A stretch of 64,000 nucleotides of DNA from contig MEDY01000220.1 in NCBI GenBank assembly GCA_001724265.1, positions 1 to 64,000 of the forward strand. Direction: 5' to 3'. Shown piece by piece: positions 10,708 to 23,786 of this stretch. The notes beneath the pieces were generated by a model, which did not search any database, was not told where the DNA came from, and saw only the letters and a program-made list of their open reading frames with translations. Each line of letters begins with the position of its first letter. The stretch's first letter is position 1. This DNA is from Rhizaria sp. SCN 62-66. Taxonomy: Eukaryota. The position numbers and the translations under genes are program-made.

Positions 10708-13401
10708 TTACTGCTTCTTGTCCTTCTTGTCCTTCTTCTCCTTCTTCTCCTTCCCCACCTTGCCCTTGCCCTTGCCACTTGCCGCCGCCGCCGCCGCAGC
10801 GGCCGCGGCGGCCGCAGCATTCTCGAAGCGCTCCTCGGCGATGCGGCGGGCCATCTCGTCCTGCAAGTTGCCGCTGCGGCCTATGCGGCCCAGTTGCACC
10901 GCCGCTGCCACCCCGCCCGCAGAGTCCGTCACCGCGGCGGCGACGGCGGCGGGCTCCGCGGCAGCGAGCTCGGTGGCCGCGGCGGGCGCAGCGCCAGCAG
11001 CACTGTCGCCGGTACCGTCGCCGCTGTGGTCTCCGTCGCTGACTTCGCCGGGCGCGACTGCGCGCGTGTCGCCGTAGTTGTACCCGTCGCCACCCACCAT
11101 CAGCGCCTTGCCGCCCGTCTTCTTCACCGACGTGGCCGCACCCGCAGACGCAGCAGGCGCGGGCGCTGCGGTCGCAGGCGCAGCTGCAGCGCCAGTCTCA
11201 GCGGCTGTGAGTTCGAGCTGGAGCTGGCGGATGGCCGCGTCGGCCGCGGCGGCGTTCTCGATCTTGTCCCGCGCCGCCTCGGCCGCGCGCCCGCGCGCAA
11301 TGGCGCTGTGTGCGGCGGCGCGCGCTTGCTCGCGCTCGGCGCGCAGCGCGGCGTTCTTGCTCGCGGGCTTCGCGCGGGGCGGCTTCGCGGCGCCGGAGGC
11401 GGCGGCACCAGAGGCGTCGGCCGCAGCGACAGAGCCAGCGCCAGCACCAGCAGCCGCCGCAGTGTCATGAGAGGCGACTGCAGGGAGGCCTGCAGTGTTG
11501 CTGGCGATGGTGGCGTGCTCGGGGCGCACAGCGGCGATGATGCGGCCGAGCCCCTTGGTGGAACCGTCGCGGAAGAGGAACACCTCGCCGGGCCGCATCA
11601 GCTCGGGCTTGTTCATGAAGCGGATGCGCACGCGCGCCGTGTCGCCCGTGACGAGGCTGCTGCGGCCCTCCTCGAGCTGGTCGATGGCGGCCGCCTGCCG
11701 CACCGTGCCGCAGTGCACGACGGCCTGGTAGCAGGGCCGGATCGTCGTCGGGTGATGCAGGATCACGACGTCGGTGTCGTACGCCCACGCCGCCACCGGC
11801 GCCGCCGCCGGGTCCACCAGCACCATGCCGTGTGTCACAAAGCTCTTGCCCAGCTCCGCGGGCGCCGCCACGATCGCGACCCCGGTCTCGGCCGCCGCGG
11901 CCGCCGCAGCGCGCGCGCCGCCCGGCACAGGCTTGAGGGCGAGCGACACGGCGTCACCGGCGACGCCGACGGCAACGCGCACGCGCTTGCAGTGGATGCC
12001 GCGCACGGTCACCTCGATGAAGGCGCCACGCTTGTCGGGCCCCAGCAGCAGGCGCTGGTTCTGCGTGATCCGCCCCGCGGTGACGGTGCCCGAGACCACG
12101 AGTCCCACGCCAGAGACCTGGAAGCGCTCGTCGATGCGCAGCTCCGTCGGCGCCGCCAGCAGCGCAGCCGCCGCCGCGGTCGCCGACGCAGTCGTCGCAG
12201 CACCAGCAGCGTTGCCTTCAGTCGCAGCGCCAGCGGCAGTCGCGTCGCCCGCGCTGCCCGCGGCAGCGCCAGTGAGCGCGAGCGTGGACGCGGCCTCGAT
12301 GGCGGCGCAGCGCGGGGGCGCGAAGCGCGAGAGGTACTTCTGCAGCAGGTCGATGTGCTGGCCGGTGACGGACGACACGTAGAAGACGGGCGTGGCGCGG
12401 AACGTGGCGTCGGCGAGCACCTTGTCGACGTCGGCCTCAGAGCGCACCGTCACGGGCAGCTTGTTTGCCTGGCGCGACTTGAGCACGGCAGTGAGCTGCT
12501 CCTTAACCTCCTTAAGGTTGTTGTCGAACGCGCGGTCGATCTTGGTGACGACGACGCAGAGCGGGAGGTCGAGCGCGATGGCAATACCCAGGTGCTCACG
12601 CGTCATCTTGGTCACGCCCGCCTGTGCGTTGACGATCACCAGCGCGAGGTCGGGGAAGCAGCCAGTGAGGCCGGCCACCGTGGTCTTAAGGTAGCGCGCG
12701 TGCCCCGCCAGGTCGATGAACGTCACGATCTGGCGCGCCTTGGCCACGACCGCCTGCCAGGCCTTGGTCTTGGCCGCCGCCTTAGCCGCCGCGGCGACCG
12801 TGTTGAACACAGGCTTGCCCGCGGCGTCGAAACCGGTGATGTGGTGCGAGATCGCGCTCGTGCGCCCGTTGTCCAGCTCGTGCTTGTACTGCAGCACCTT
12901 GGCGCGCGCCGACCCGCGCGCGTTGTCGAGCGCGCCCGCAGTGAGCACGCCGATGAGCGTGGACTTGCCGGCGTCGACGTTGCCCACCACGGCCACGCGC
13001 ACGTCGCGCACGCCCGCACCCAGCGCGCTCGTCAGCGGCGCGCCCGTTGCAGCGTCAAAGAGACCCGCAGTCGAGCCCGCGGTCGGCGCAGCGGTAGCGG
13101 ACGCAGAGGCAGCGGCCGCGCTCTTGATGTTGGTGTGGGTGTTGTTCATCGCAGCAGTGATTACGGCGCTAACAGAGGCGTTGGTCACGTTAGAGATCGC
13201 GTTGGCAGCGCCGGCGTTGGTGTTAGCTGCCGAGAGCGTGGGAGCGACGTTCTCGTTGGCAGTCTCGCTGTCGCTGCCGTTGTCTGCGTGCGCGTGAGCG
13301 TCGACCGCAGGAGTCGAGGTGTTGGTGTTGGTGTGTGAGTTGTTGTTGGCAAGCGCCGAGCGCTAGGTGTGCGCGTCGTCGGTAGCTATGCGGTTCATCA
13401 T
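10708..13401 (-). CDS. GTPBP1/GTPBP2-family translational GTPase, ~897 aa if the TAG at 13365-13363 is sense (otherwise starts near 13149); ends TAA
   Basis: VAVVGNVDAGKSTL, LDNARGSAR, HELDNGRTSAIS, TFIDLAGHARYLKTT, VVVTKID, EF-Tu-like domains II/III (ILHHPTTI...QAVVHCGTVRQAA). An upstream ATGATG at 13401 is in frame across one TAG. Confidence 0.92.
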
Positions 13402-14060
13402 CGTGTTCAAGTTTCTGTGCTCTGTCGGGTTAGTTCAGTCTAAACGGTTAGTGAAGAGACTGGGGCTAATGGACTTCGGCAGACACTTTGAACTACAGCT
13501 GCGCGAGCGAGCGAGGACAAACAATCAAAGGTCGCAAAGGCGAGGAGCAAGACGTATGAGTATTGGAGTACGAATACGATGGAAGTGTAATTCACGACAG
13601 TAACAACCAGATTCCCAAGGAGATCTTGCTCTGTGAGTCGGGTTAGGCCCAATCTTCGTCAGTTTAAGGAGCAGGACGAGAGAAGAGACATCTGGAAGGG
13701 GGAAGCGAGTTGGATCTCGAGTGAATCCGAGCACAAGCTTTGGGATATCAGGTGTCGCTAAATAGCCATCATAATTAAATCAGCAGTCAGATCCCCCTTA
13801 TTAAAACCGTGTTGGAGGCAAGTGCGAATAAGTTGCCGATTAGTTATGGCGCAATTCTACGGCTTCAAAACCGCCAATCACCCATTTTGTTTTGTGGTGA
13901 AACATAGGTGCGCGAAAAAATCGTATGTGGTCAGAATTTTCACGATGCATATCTCCATGGTATTGAAATAAAAACATATTAAACTTTGTATTGTAGTCAT
14001 TCAAGCACAGAAATAAACAATTATCTTTGTTATAGTGATACGTGTAGTTGGTCAATGACG

Positions 14061-17000
14061 TTACATGTAGTAGTCTGGCACGGAGGGGGGCTCCTCACTG
14101 CGCTCTGTGTCGTTACCAACCCCATTGCTGCCAGCATTGCCGTAGCGCGAGGTGGACAGGACACTCGCGTTGTTCTCATATCGTACCCTGCCGGTGATCT
14201 CACCCTCAGACACGCCGCTGCCGGTGTACATCGAGTTCTCGGCCCACCGGCCGGCCGGACGTCGCCCCTGAGCGGCGTTGTTAGAGTTGCCGTAGTTGTA
14301 GTTGTTGTTGTAGTTGTTCGTGGAGCCGGAGCTCGAGGCCGAGGGGGACGGCACGGCCCACATGCCGCCTAGCCCCTGCCCCGACCCCTGCCTCTGGTGA
14401 TAGTGCTGCTGCTGCTGCGGCTGCTGCGGCTGTGGCGGCATCGCGCTCACGTTGTTGCCACCGCCGTAGTAGCTGTTGCTGGCGTCTGCGTAGCTCTCGT
14501 CCCCGTACGTCAGCCCGCGCGCGTGTCCGCCGCTGTGGTCGACGCGGCCCGACAGCTCACCCTCGGAGCGCGGCGTGGCCTGACGCGAGCGGCCCACGAA
14601 ACGGCCCACGTAGCGCCCCGTCGTGGGGGAGATGCGGCCCGAGACCTCGCCCTCGGAGCGCGGGGTGAAGCCGCCCGGGACGCCGCCGTTGTTCCAGTCT
14701 CTGTCTCTGTCACCGTAGCCGCCACCCGCGCCCGTGGCGCTGCCGCGGACGCGTTGGCCGCGGCCGCGGTGCGCCATCGGCGCTGACGTGAGATCGATGT
14801 AGCTGTCGTTGGCCCCGGCACCGTAGCCGTCCTCGTTGTCGCCGTCCTCGTACTCGTTGCCGTCGCCGTCGAGGCGCGCGCGCGAGTGCTGCCTGCGGCG
14901 CCGCGCGGGCCCCACGCCGCCGCGGTCGCCACTGCGAGGCGGCGTGCGCGGCGCAGGCATAGCGAAGCCGGCCGCGCGCATGGCGGCCACAGTGACGCTG
15001 TCGAGGCTGGGTGCTGAAGTCACGCTGCCCGTGCCCACGCTGTCGACGTCACTGTCGCCGCCACGACCGTGGCCGGGGCCGCGCTTGCGCTGGTGCTTGT
15101 ACCCAGGGCTGAGCGCGAGGCCGAACATGTCGGGCGCGGCGGCGCGCAGCGCGGCGGCCTCGTCCGCGGGCAGCTCGAGGAACGGGTGCGTGCTGTCGTC
15201 GGGCGCGAAGATGCGCGGGAACCCGTTGCGGTCCACGAACACCTCGCCCTCGGACAGGTCCAGGTCCAGCGGCACCGAGTTTGTCGTGCGGGACGCGGTC
15301 GACTCGTCGCCGGACGCAGAGCCCAGTCTCCCGAGTCCGCGCACGCCGGTCGCAGAGAGCCAGCGGGCGCTGCCCGCGCCGGCGGGGCCGACTGCGTCGC
15401 TCTGCCCCGCGGCGTCGGCGACGACCGTGGTGTCTGTATCGCTGTCGCCGGACCCCGTGGCCCGCGCCGCGCGTCGCTGCCGCGCCGTGATCTTGGCGCC
15501 CGGGGAGAGGAGCTTGCGGCGCTCGGCCAGCGACGCGCGCAGCACAGCGAGCTCCTCCTCGAGGCGCGCCACGGCCTCTTGCTGCGCGGCGCTGGCGGCG
15601 GCGGACTGCGCCTCGAGCTGCGCGCGCAGAGCCTCCATCTCGGCGCTTTTGTCGGCCAGCGCCTGCGCCTGCTTGCCGAACTCGGCGCTCAGGGCCTCGC
15701 GCACAACCTCGGCCGTGGCGCGCGCAGCCGCGCCCGGAGACTGCGGCTGCTGCGCAGCGGCGTCGGCGCGGGCAGCGGCCAGGTGCGCGAGCGCGGCGCG
15801 GAGGTCGTCCTGCACCGACTTAAGCTCTGCGGCCGCCGCGGCCGTCTCGCGCCCGTGCTGCGCCATCGCGGCCGTGACAGTGTCGGCCACCACGGCCTGC
15901 AGCTGCGCCGCGCGCGCGGCCTCGGCCTCCTCGGAAGCCGTCAGCGCGGACCGCGGCACCGTGACGTTGCTGCTGGTGCTGCTACCGGAGAGCACGCGCG
16001 CGGCGTCCTCGACGAGGCTGCGGTTACGCTGCTCGTCCTCCTCCTGGCTGCGGCGCGCGCGCTCGGCCTCTGCGAGCGCGAGCACAGCCTGCCACTCCTG
16101 GTCGACCGCGCTCTCGCCGTCGACGACCGCGGAGCGCGAGACGTACGCCGCCAGCTCCGCGTCCGACAGCCGCGCCAGCGCTTCCGGGGACAGCATGCCC
16201 AGGCGCGACACCGCGGAGCCGAAGCCCAGCCCGGCCGCGCCAACGGCCGCCATCGAAATGTTGCCCGCGCCGCCCGTGAGCGAGTTGTTGGCGTCGAGCC
16301 CCAGGCCGAGCCCCGCGAGCGCCATCGAGCGGTCCACAGCGCGGCGCAGCGCACTCGCACTGTCGTCGTCGCCGTTGCCGTTGCTGCCGTTGCGGCGGGC
16401 GTCGTCGAGCAGGCCCTGGAGCGAGGCGACGAGCGTGTTGGCCTCGCGCGTGGCGGCCGCGCCGGGCCCGTGCGCGCGTGCGGCGGCGGCGGCGTCGCGG
16501 CGCGCCACGTCGAGCACGGCCTGCAGCACCTCGGCCGTGCGCGGCGTGACGTTGGCGACCGAGCTGCCGTCGCTGAGTCCCGAGGCGTCGCTGCCGTCCG
16601 CGTCCGAGCTCGTGCTTGTGTCCAGCATAGACGCATCCAGCCCCTTGCCCTTGCCCTTGACGCCCAGTCCGGCGAGCGCGCGCGCGAGGGCGCCGTCCTT
16701 GCCGCCGCTCTTGCCATGGCCGCGACCGTGGTCCTTGCCGTGGCGGCCGTTGCGCGCAAGCGTGCGGTTGTGCGAGCAGTCGCCGCAGAGCGAGTCGTCC
16801 GAGTCGGACGCGAAGGACCGCGCGGTCGAGTCGCCGCTGTTGCTGCCGCTGCTATCGGCGCTGTCGCGTGAGAGCTCGCAGCTGCAGTCCGCGCACACGC
16901 GGCGCGCACGCGTGCAGTTCGCACAGGCGTCGTCGCCGCCGCACTCGCGGCAGCTGCAGTCCGCCGCGCTCGCGGCCTTGCTGCCCGGGGCGACCGTGAG

Positions 17001-20000
17001 CGCGGTGCCCGCGGCGGCGTTGACGGGGGCGGGCCCGTCGATGTCGACTTCGGCGTCGAAGGCCTGGGGCGCGAACTGGCGCGCGTACGGGTGGTAGAGC
17101 GCGGTGAGCTGCGCCAGCAGCGCGGGGTTCGTCTGTCCCAGCGCCGCCAGCGACGCGGCCGTAGGCACAGCGCCGCGGCCGCCGCTGGAGCTCGCGGCCG
17201 CAGCGCCGGGCGCCATTGCGGCAGCGAGTGCGGCCAGAGCACCGCCGTCAGTGCCGTTGCCGCTGCCGTTGCTGTCGCCACTGCTGTCGCCGTTGCCGTT
17301 GGCGCGGGCCGTGACCGCGGTCTGCAGCGTCTCGAGCAGCACGCGCAGGTTGTGGTCCGCGAGACTGGGTCCCGGTGCGGGCGCGGTCACGATCACGGGC
17401 CCGTGCGCCCCGGCGGGGCGACGCAGGGCCAGCACGGGCTCTGTCGTCGTCCAGCCGTCGGAGTCCGCGGCGGCGGCAGGCAGCGTCACCGCGCCCGTCT
17501 CGGCGTCGACCGTCGCCTTGGCCACGCGCGAGGGCAGTACTGTGCCGTTGCTGCCAGAGCTGCGGGCCGGGGGTACGGAGGCAGAGAGAGACTTATTGAT
17601 GCCCGTCACACCGGCGTTCTTGCCCGCGGTGCCGATGACGCCGCCGCGCACGGTGGGCCGCGTCACACTCTTGCCCAGCCGGTCGCTGTTGGCGTTGTTA
17701 CTGCGCGCGTTGGCCGCGATCGCGGCGCGGCGGTCGGCCGTGGCGCCCGCCTCGGCGACGGCGGCCGCAGCGGAAGCGGGCGGCGCGGGCGCCGGGAAGG
17801 CCAGCGCGGGCGGCATCGACGGCAGATTGTACATGGGCTGAATCGGGAGGATCTGGGAGAAAGACGCCGACGCGGCGTACTTGCCGTTGGCGCCCACACG
17901 CGCACCGGCCTTGGCGCCCGCTTTGCGCACAGCCGGGCCAGCGTTGCTAGCCGCAGCACTGGGCTTGGCGCCGGCGGTCCGGGCGCTGGCGAGGGCGGCC
18001 CCGCGCTCTGCGGCGCCCGCGGCCCGGCGCGCGAGCGAGATGCCGGCCCCCGCGGCGCCGGAGTCGTAGGCCACGGCGCGCGCGCGGGCCTCCTCCTTCT
18101 CGAGCAGCAGCGCGGGGTCACGGCACAGCTGCTGCGTGCGCCGCAGCACCTGCTCGCGCATGCGCGCCAGGCGCCGCGCGTCGTCGGCCGCCGTCGCAAG
18201 CGCGCTCGTCTCGGGATCCAGCAGCGGATCCAGACCGAGCGGACCCACGCGACCGCCAACCACGGCCGCGCTGGCGTTCGCAGCAGCAGGCGGGGCAAGC
18301 TCATTTGAGGCGTTCTGAGGCGGCAGAGAGGAGGCCAAACCAGCCTGTTGCTGTGGGTGCTGAGCTGTGCGGTCAATCTTGGGTCCGCTGAGCGAGGGCT
18401 TGGTCACGAGCGCCTCGGAGACGGCCTGCTCAACGGCGCGCGCGGTCGCAATGCCCACAGCAGCACCCATCGCATCCCCGCCAGCGCCCGTGCCAGCGCT
18501 GATAGCGGGCGCGCTGGCGTTAGCCGCCGCCGTTGACGCGGCCGCAGTCGCGCTCGTGGTGGCGCGGTTAATGCGCTTGAGCGCGCTGGCGGCGGCGTCG
18601 GCGACGACTGCGCCGATGGCCTCGTCCCTGCGCCGCGCCCGCACGTCGGCGCCGTGCTGCGCCACGATGGCGTCAGCCTGGGCCGCCGCATGCGCGCGTG
18701 CCTCGGTGATCTCGGCCTCGAGCTCGGCCTCCTCCTCGGCGTCCTCGGCGCCCTGCGCCGCGCCGCCCAGCGTGCGGAAGGCCGAGTCGACCGCGGCCTG
18801 CGATGCGAGCTCCCCGCGTGCCAGCTCGCGGCCCAGCGCGGCCAACACGCGCACGCGCTCCTGCGCCGCGTCGTAGTCGAACCCCGTCACCTTGGACCGG
18901 AACGCATTGGCCGATTGCACCGACTGCGGCGGCCGCGCGAAGCGCTGCGGCTCGCGCGTCGCCGCGAGGTAGCGCTCCAGGTCCTTGACGGCCTCAGCGC
19001 CCGACGAGTGGCTGCCGCGCTGCGCGGGGAGCGCAAAGGCCGCCTCCCACAGGTCCACGGTGCTGCGTTCTTCTGCCGCGGCCGCGTCGCCGTAGCCCGC
19101 GTTGCCCAGGGAACCCGTGGGACCGGTGAGCTCGGCGCCGCGGGCGGAGGACGACGAGGACGGGGCGCCGAGCCCGGCCACGGTGGGCGCCGCCGCGCTG
19201 CTGGCAGGGCCATTGCCAGCCTTGTAGGCCGTGGCAGAGCGCTTGGAGAGTGCCCGCTTCGGGTTCGAGGGGCCGATGACGCCGCCCACAGTCACCTTCT
19301 TCCCGTTCGCACCGGTGCTAGCACCAGTCGCAGGCGCGGTCGCGGTCACAGGCGAGCTTGCGCTGGCCTTGTCACTGCTGCTGCTGCTGCTGCTGCTGCT
19401 GCTCGCGTACGTGTTGGTGTTGGTGGGCAGGACGGAGCGACCGCCGCCGCCAAGGCCGCTGTGCGCGCGCAGAATAGACTTGACACCGCCACCGCCACCA
19501 TCGCCGTTCACAGTAGCGTGGGCGTGAGCGTACGCGTCGGGGTTGGGGTTCGGGGCGCCATTGCCCGCGCTACTGCCGCCGTAGTAGTACGCACCCTGCG
19601 CACCGGAGCTACCGCTGCCGATGCTGCTATTGGTGCTGGGGACGCCGGTGTAGTGCTGCGTCTTGAGCGCACGCTGCTCCGCCTCCGAGGCCGAGAGCAC
19701 GTGGAGGTCGCCTCGGTCGACGTCGCGCCGACCGGTGTCGCGGCGGCCAGAGTCGCCACCAGAGGACGGGGCGCTGCCGCTGCTGCTGCTGCTGTAGTCG
19801 GCAGGGTGACTGGGAGCAGCGTTGTATTGACCGTGGGCAGGGTGACCGTGAGCAGGGTGACTGTGGGCAGGCTGGGGCACGTGGGGAATCGTGCTGGCGG
19901 TAACGCCATGAAATGGCATGTTGCTCATATGATGAGCGTGCATGTGGCTACCAGCAGTCGCGTTGCCGCTGTGAGCGTTGCTGTTGCTGCTGTTGGCCGC

Positions 20001-21656
20001 GAGCGGGTGCGAGACAGGTGCGGGAACACCGCCAGCGCTGACGTGAGCATTAGCAGCAGCAGCAGCGGCAACATTAATGTTCTGGTTGGTGTTATTGTTG
20101 TTCGCGGCAACCCACGGCAGCGACGACTTGCGCCCTGTGTTGACACTGCTAGCCGCGCCCGCACTGCTCGCGTCCTGCGTGTTATCAACAATGCCGTTGC
20201 TGTTGCTGTTGCTGTTGCCCCTGTTGATGATGTTGTTGTTGTTGCCTGCCGCGCTCTTGATGCCCATGCGGCCCTCGATGCGCGCGACGCGGCGGCCGTC
20301 CTCGTCGCGCTCGCTGGCGCGCATGCGCTCGCGCAGCTGCCGCTCCAGGCGGTCCAGCCGCGAGCCCAGCCCCTGCTCCAAGGCATCGGACTCGGACTCG
20401 CCGTACGTTTGGCCGTGGGCGGCGGCGAGGTGACCGTGGGCCGCGGATTGACTGTGGGCAGAGGCGGAGCCGCTGTAGGCGGCAGTGGCTGCGGCCAGGC
20501 GGGCGTTGGCCGCGGCGAGCGCGTCGTCGGCCTCAGCGTGGCTGCGGCCAGCTTGAGTCGCCGCAGCAACAGCAGACATCGGATGCGAGTTGCTAGAGAC
20601 CAAGGGCTAGGCGGCGTCGAAGTTAAGCCGCGCCTCGAGCGCCGCGTAGACGGACGACGCGCGCACAGCAGCAGCGCCCGTCGCACTGCCAGCCTGCGCA
20701 CCTGCGTTGTAGCTAACAGTCGCATTGCCGATGTTGCTGTTGTTGCGGGTGTCGTTGTTGGCAAGGAAGCGCTCGACGGCGGCAGCGGCGCGCGCCGAGG
20801 CAGCAGCGGTCGCGGACTCAATACCACTGGCATGCGCCTGAGCGCCCGCCCTACTTACGCTGGAGTTAGAGCTAGAGCTCGAGCTAGAGAGGGTGGGGCC
20901 GTGGCCGTGACCGTGGCCGCTGTGTCCGTTACTGTGGCTGGAGGGCGTGAAGGCGTGGTCGTTGCCGCCCATAGCGGGGCCATACGCGCGCAGCGGCGTC
21001 CCCATAGACACGCGATTGTTGTTGCTGCTACTCGCGGTAAAGATGCTATTATTTGCACTGAAGCTGCTGTTATCGTGAGCATTATTGGCGTTAGCATCGG
21101 CATTGACGCTTTGAGCGAGCGCGGCGGCGCCCGCGTGCACGGAGCCGGCGAAAGGCGTGCGGAGCCACTCCATCTCCCTGCCAATGCGCTCGGCGTGGCG
21201 CTCGCGGCCCAGCGCGGCGAGCGCGCGCTCGACGCTATCCGCGGCCGGGACCGTGGCGGCGTCGATAGACCGCACGGCCGAGAGCGTGTCGGCACGGCCG
21301 GCGCGCGTCAGCAGCGACTCGATCTCGGAGGAGCTGGCGCGGTCGATGGAGCTGAGCGTCTGGCGCAGCTCAGGCACGTGGCGCCACGGCAGCGGCATGC
21401 GCTCGGCGGCGGGCAGCCCCGGGAAGTCGCGCAGCCCGGCCACGTTCTCGGGGTCCAGGATCGTCGCCGCGCAGACAGACTCCAGGGCCGTTGCCAGCTT
21501 GCCGCCGGAGAGCACAGCCGCGCGCGCCGCGGGCGCCGCGGAGGGCTCCAGCGATATCACCACGGGGCGGCGGTGCGCGGGGTGCTCGGACTCGGGGCGC
21601 CGTGCGGGCGCGCGGGAGGGCTTGGGATCGAAGGCTGCCACGGTTTGGCGTGACAT
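14061..21656 (-). CDS. Very large low-complexity/coiled-coil protein of unknown function, ~2530 aa, with in-frame TAG at 20609-20607; ends TAA
   Basis: Track ORFs 20607..21704 and 14061..20603 share a frame and are separated only by TAG-CCC. GC3 codon bias is uniform on both sides. Coiled-coil segments, a Cys cluster and C-terminal SEGE repeats are present. The 5' end is uncertain (possible upstream exon; AG acceptor near 21664). Confidence 0.75.
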
Positions 21657-22388
21657 TTCGTGCCTGTAGATTGGAAGGTATATGGGCAATATACAGAGGT
21701 GCAATTTAAGTTGTGAGTATTTGCGACATGTTTACTTAAGACTCTAGTACGTAAATTCAAATAACGATCATTTGAAGGAACACGAGACGGATGTAGATTA
21801 ACTTGACTTTGTGACCGTTGGGGACATCTCTGCTTCAGGAGCGGTTCCCAAAAATTCGCCGACCACGACCGCTCCAACTCGGTCGATGTGGACCTAGATT
21901 CCGTCACGAAAAGAGCTCTTTACAGCGGCAAATATCTCTATTAAATACGACGTTATACGTGCTATTTTTTCAAGCATGAGTATATTTGGAGGCGTATCCG
22001 GACCGCTGTTTACGGATACTGTCAGGGTTTAATCTGCTTTGAAGTCGAAAACTTGACGACGTCGTCCTCCCTTGCTCCTTTCACATCTCACCCCTCTACC
22101 TCCCCCACGCTTGCACCCGTAGTCTCCGTTCGACGCCCTTTTTGTGTAGTACACACAAATAGCAGCGTTTTATTCCTTGTATCCGCGCACAAACCCATCC
22201 CGGCGTTGCTGTGCTCCTCCCCCGAAGCCGGCTTCGACAGCAAGCTCCCCAGCTCTCTCTCGAACGCGCCCGCCTTCGCCCCCGCTCGCTCGCGCCTGTA
22301 ACGCCAGCGTTGCTTCCTTCTGACACCGCCCCCTCGCCCGGCCTTAGCTTTACGCTCAGACCCGGCGCCTGCTCCCTGGGCTGTCTCT

Positions 22389-23404
22389 ATGGCCGACTCT
22401 GACATCCTGACCCGCTTTGAAGACGAGGCTCAGTCATCGATCAACAACCTTAAGACACTCCTCACTGCCATCGCCTCCGCCCGGTACGTCCATATCAGCA
22501 TCACTACAGCAAACCGATGAACATTTTCTACACGTCCACCCTGCATTGTGCCAGCTTGCGCTCTTTTACGCCTCAACGTCTCAAGTGCTTTTCTCTCACT
22601 GTCTCGCATATTGCACTTCGTTTATTTGTTACTGAACGGCTCACAGCTCCCCCCGCGAGGCGCAGACCCACCTCGACAAGGCCGACGCGTCTGTGGTGCC
22701 CCTGGGCGACGGCGTCTTCCGCGACTTCAAGCGCGAGCAGCGACACATCGCGCACGAGTCCAAGCCCGCCGCCACACGCCGCCTCAAGGCCCTGCAGCAG
22801 GACTGGGACCAGCAGAAGGCGATGCTCGGCGACTACAAGCGCCAGTACCTTACCGGCGGCGCCCCGGCCGGGGCCGCTATGTCCCCCGTCGAGCGCGCTG
22901 AGTGGACCGACCAGCGCCAGCGCCTGCTCCAGGCGCGCGAGATCCAGGTGCGTGCACTCGCTAAATATGCTAAAAAGCGGAATATATGTTTGGCTATTCA
23001 TCATGAGCGGCATAGTGGGTATTGCGCTGTTCTTGATGCGTATACGAAACTTTGTCCTGATTGCTTCTTATCAACATCTCACCTTGCATCACATTGTTTC
23101 GTTTCTTCTTTGCTTCGACTCTTCACAGGGCGGCAATGCGCAGTCGCTGGCAATGACGCAGCGCACGATCGAGGACGCGGCGATGATTGGCTCCAACACG
23201 AGCGTGAAGCTGGAGCACCAGACGGAGCAGATGGAGAACGTGATCGGCACGCTGCATGAGACCAACTCGGTGCTGGACAAGTCTGCCAAGCTGCTGCGCC
23301 GCATGCGCACGCGCCTCGTCACCAACAAGCTCATGACCTTCATCATCATCCTCGTCGAGCTTGCCATCGTCGCGCTCATCATCTACATCAAGTTCTACAC
23401 CTAA
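22389..23404 (+). CDS. VTI1: Qb-SNARE, Vti1-like, ~223 aa; exons 22389-22483, 22647-22947, 23129-23404; ends TAA
   Basis: Helical N-terminus, QRQRLL, SNARE motif IGSNTSVKLEHQTEQM...SAKLLRRMRTRLVTNK and C-terminal TM anchor LMTFIIILVELAIVALIIYIKF. Introns are in frame. Confidence 0.8.
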
Positions 23405-23745
23405 GCGCTGTGCACGTGTTGCGAGTTGAGTTGTTGTCCGATGTTTGTCCCTAGTTTGTAGTAAAAGTGTGATGTTGAAGTAATGTACAATAGTATCGAA
23501 ACAGTATGATGTTGTAAAAGTAGCTAACAGAGAAAATAAACACTTGTAGTTTATATCCCAGCTCATGATTCACAGCGACAACGATTGAAGCAATATCTGT
23601 TGTTTATTCTACTCGTATCAGTTGATACAGTTTCTAAGCTCTATAAAATACACACATCTTTTCAAAACAAAAACATGAACACTTTGACTATGCTTAGTCA
23701 ATCCAAGGTGATTGTCCTGCCGCTTAGTCAGGTCCTCCGCCTCGA

Positions 23746-23786
23746 CGAGCCCTGCGCTTAGTCGAGCCCTGCGCTTAGTCGAGCCC
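23746..23786. repeat. 17-bp tandem duplication CGAGCCCTGCGCTTAGT x2.4 spanning the RRP4 stop codon
   Basis: Directly visible. Confidence 0.85.

Noticed and set aside
5916-21653. Long antisense or alternative-frame ORFs (5916..8378, 10894..13338, 14836..17097, 18654..21653 and others)
   Set aside because: Shadow ORFs caused by extreme GC3 bias of real genes on the opposite strand; no recognisable motifs.
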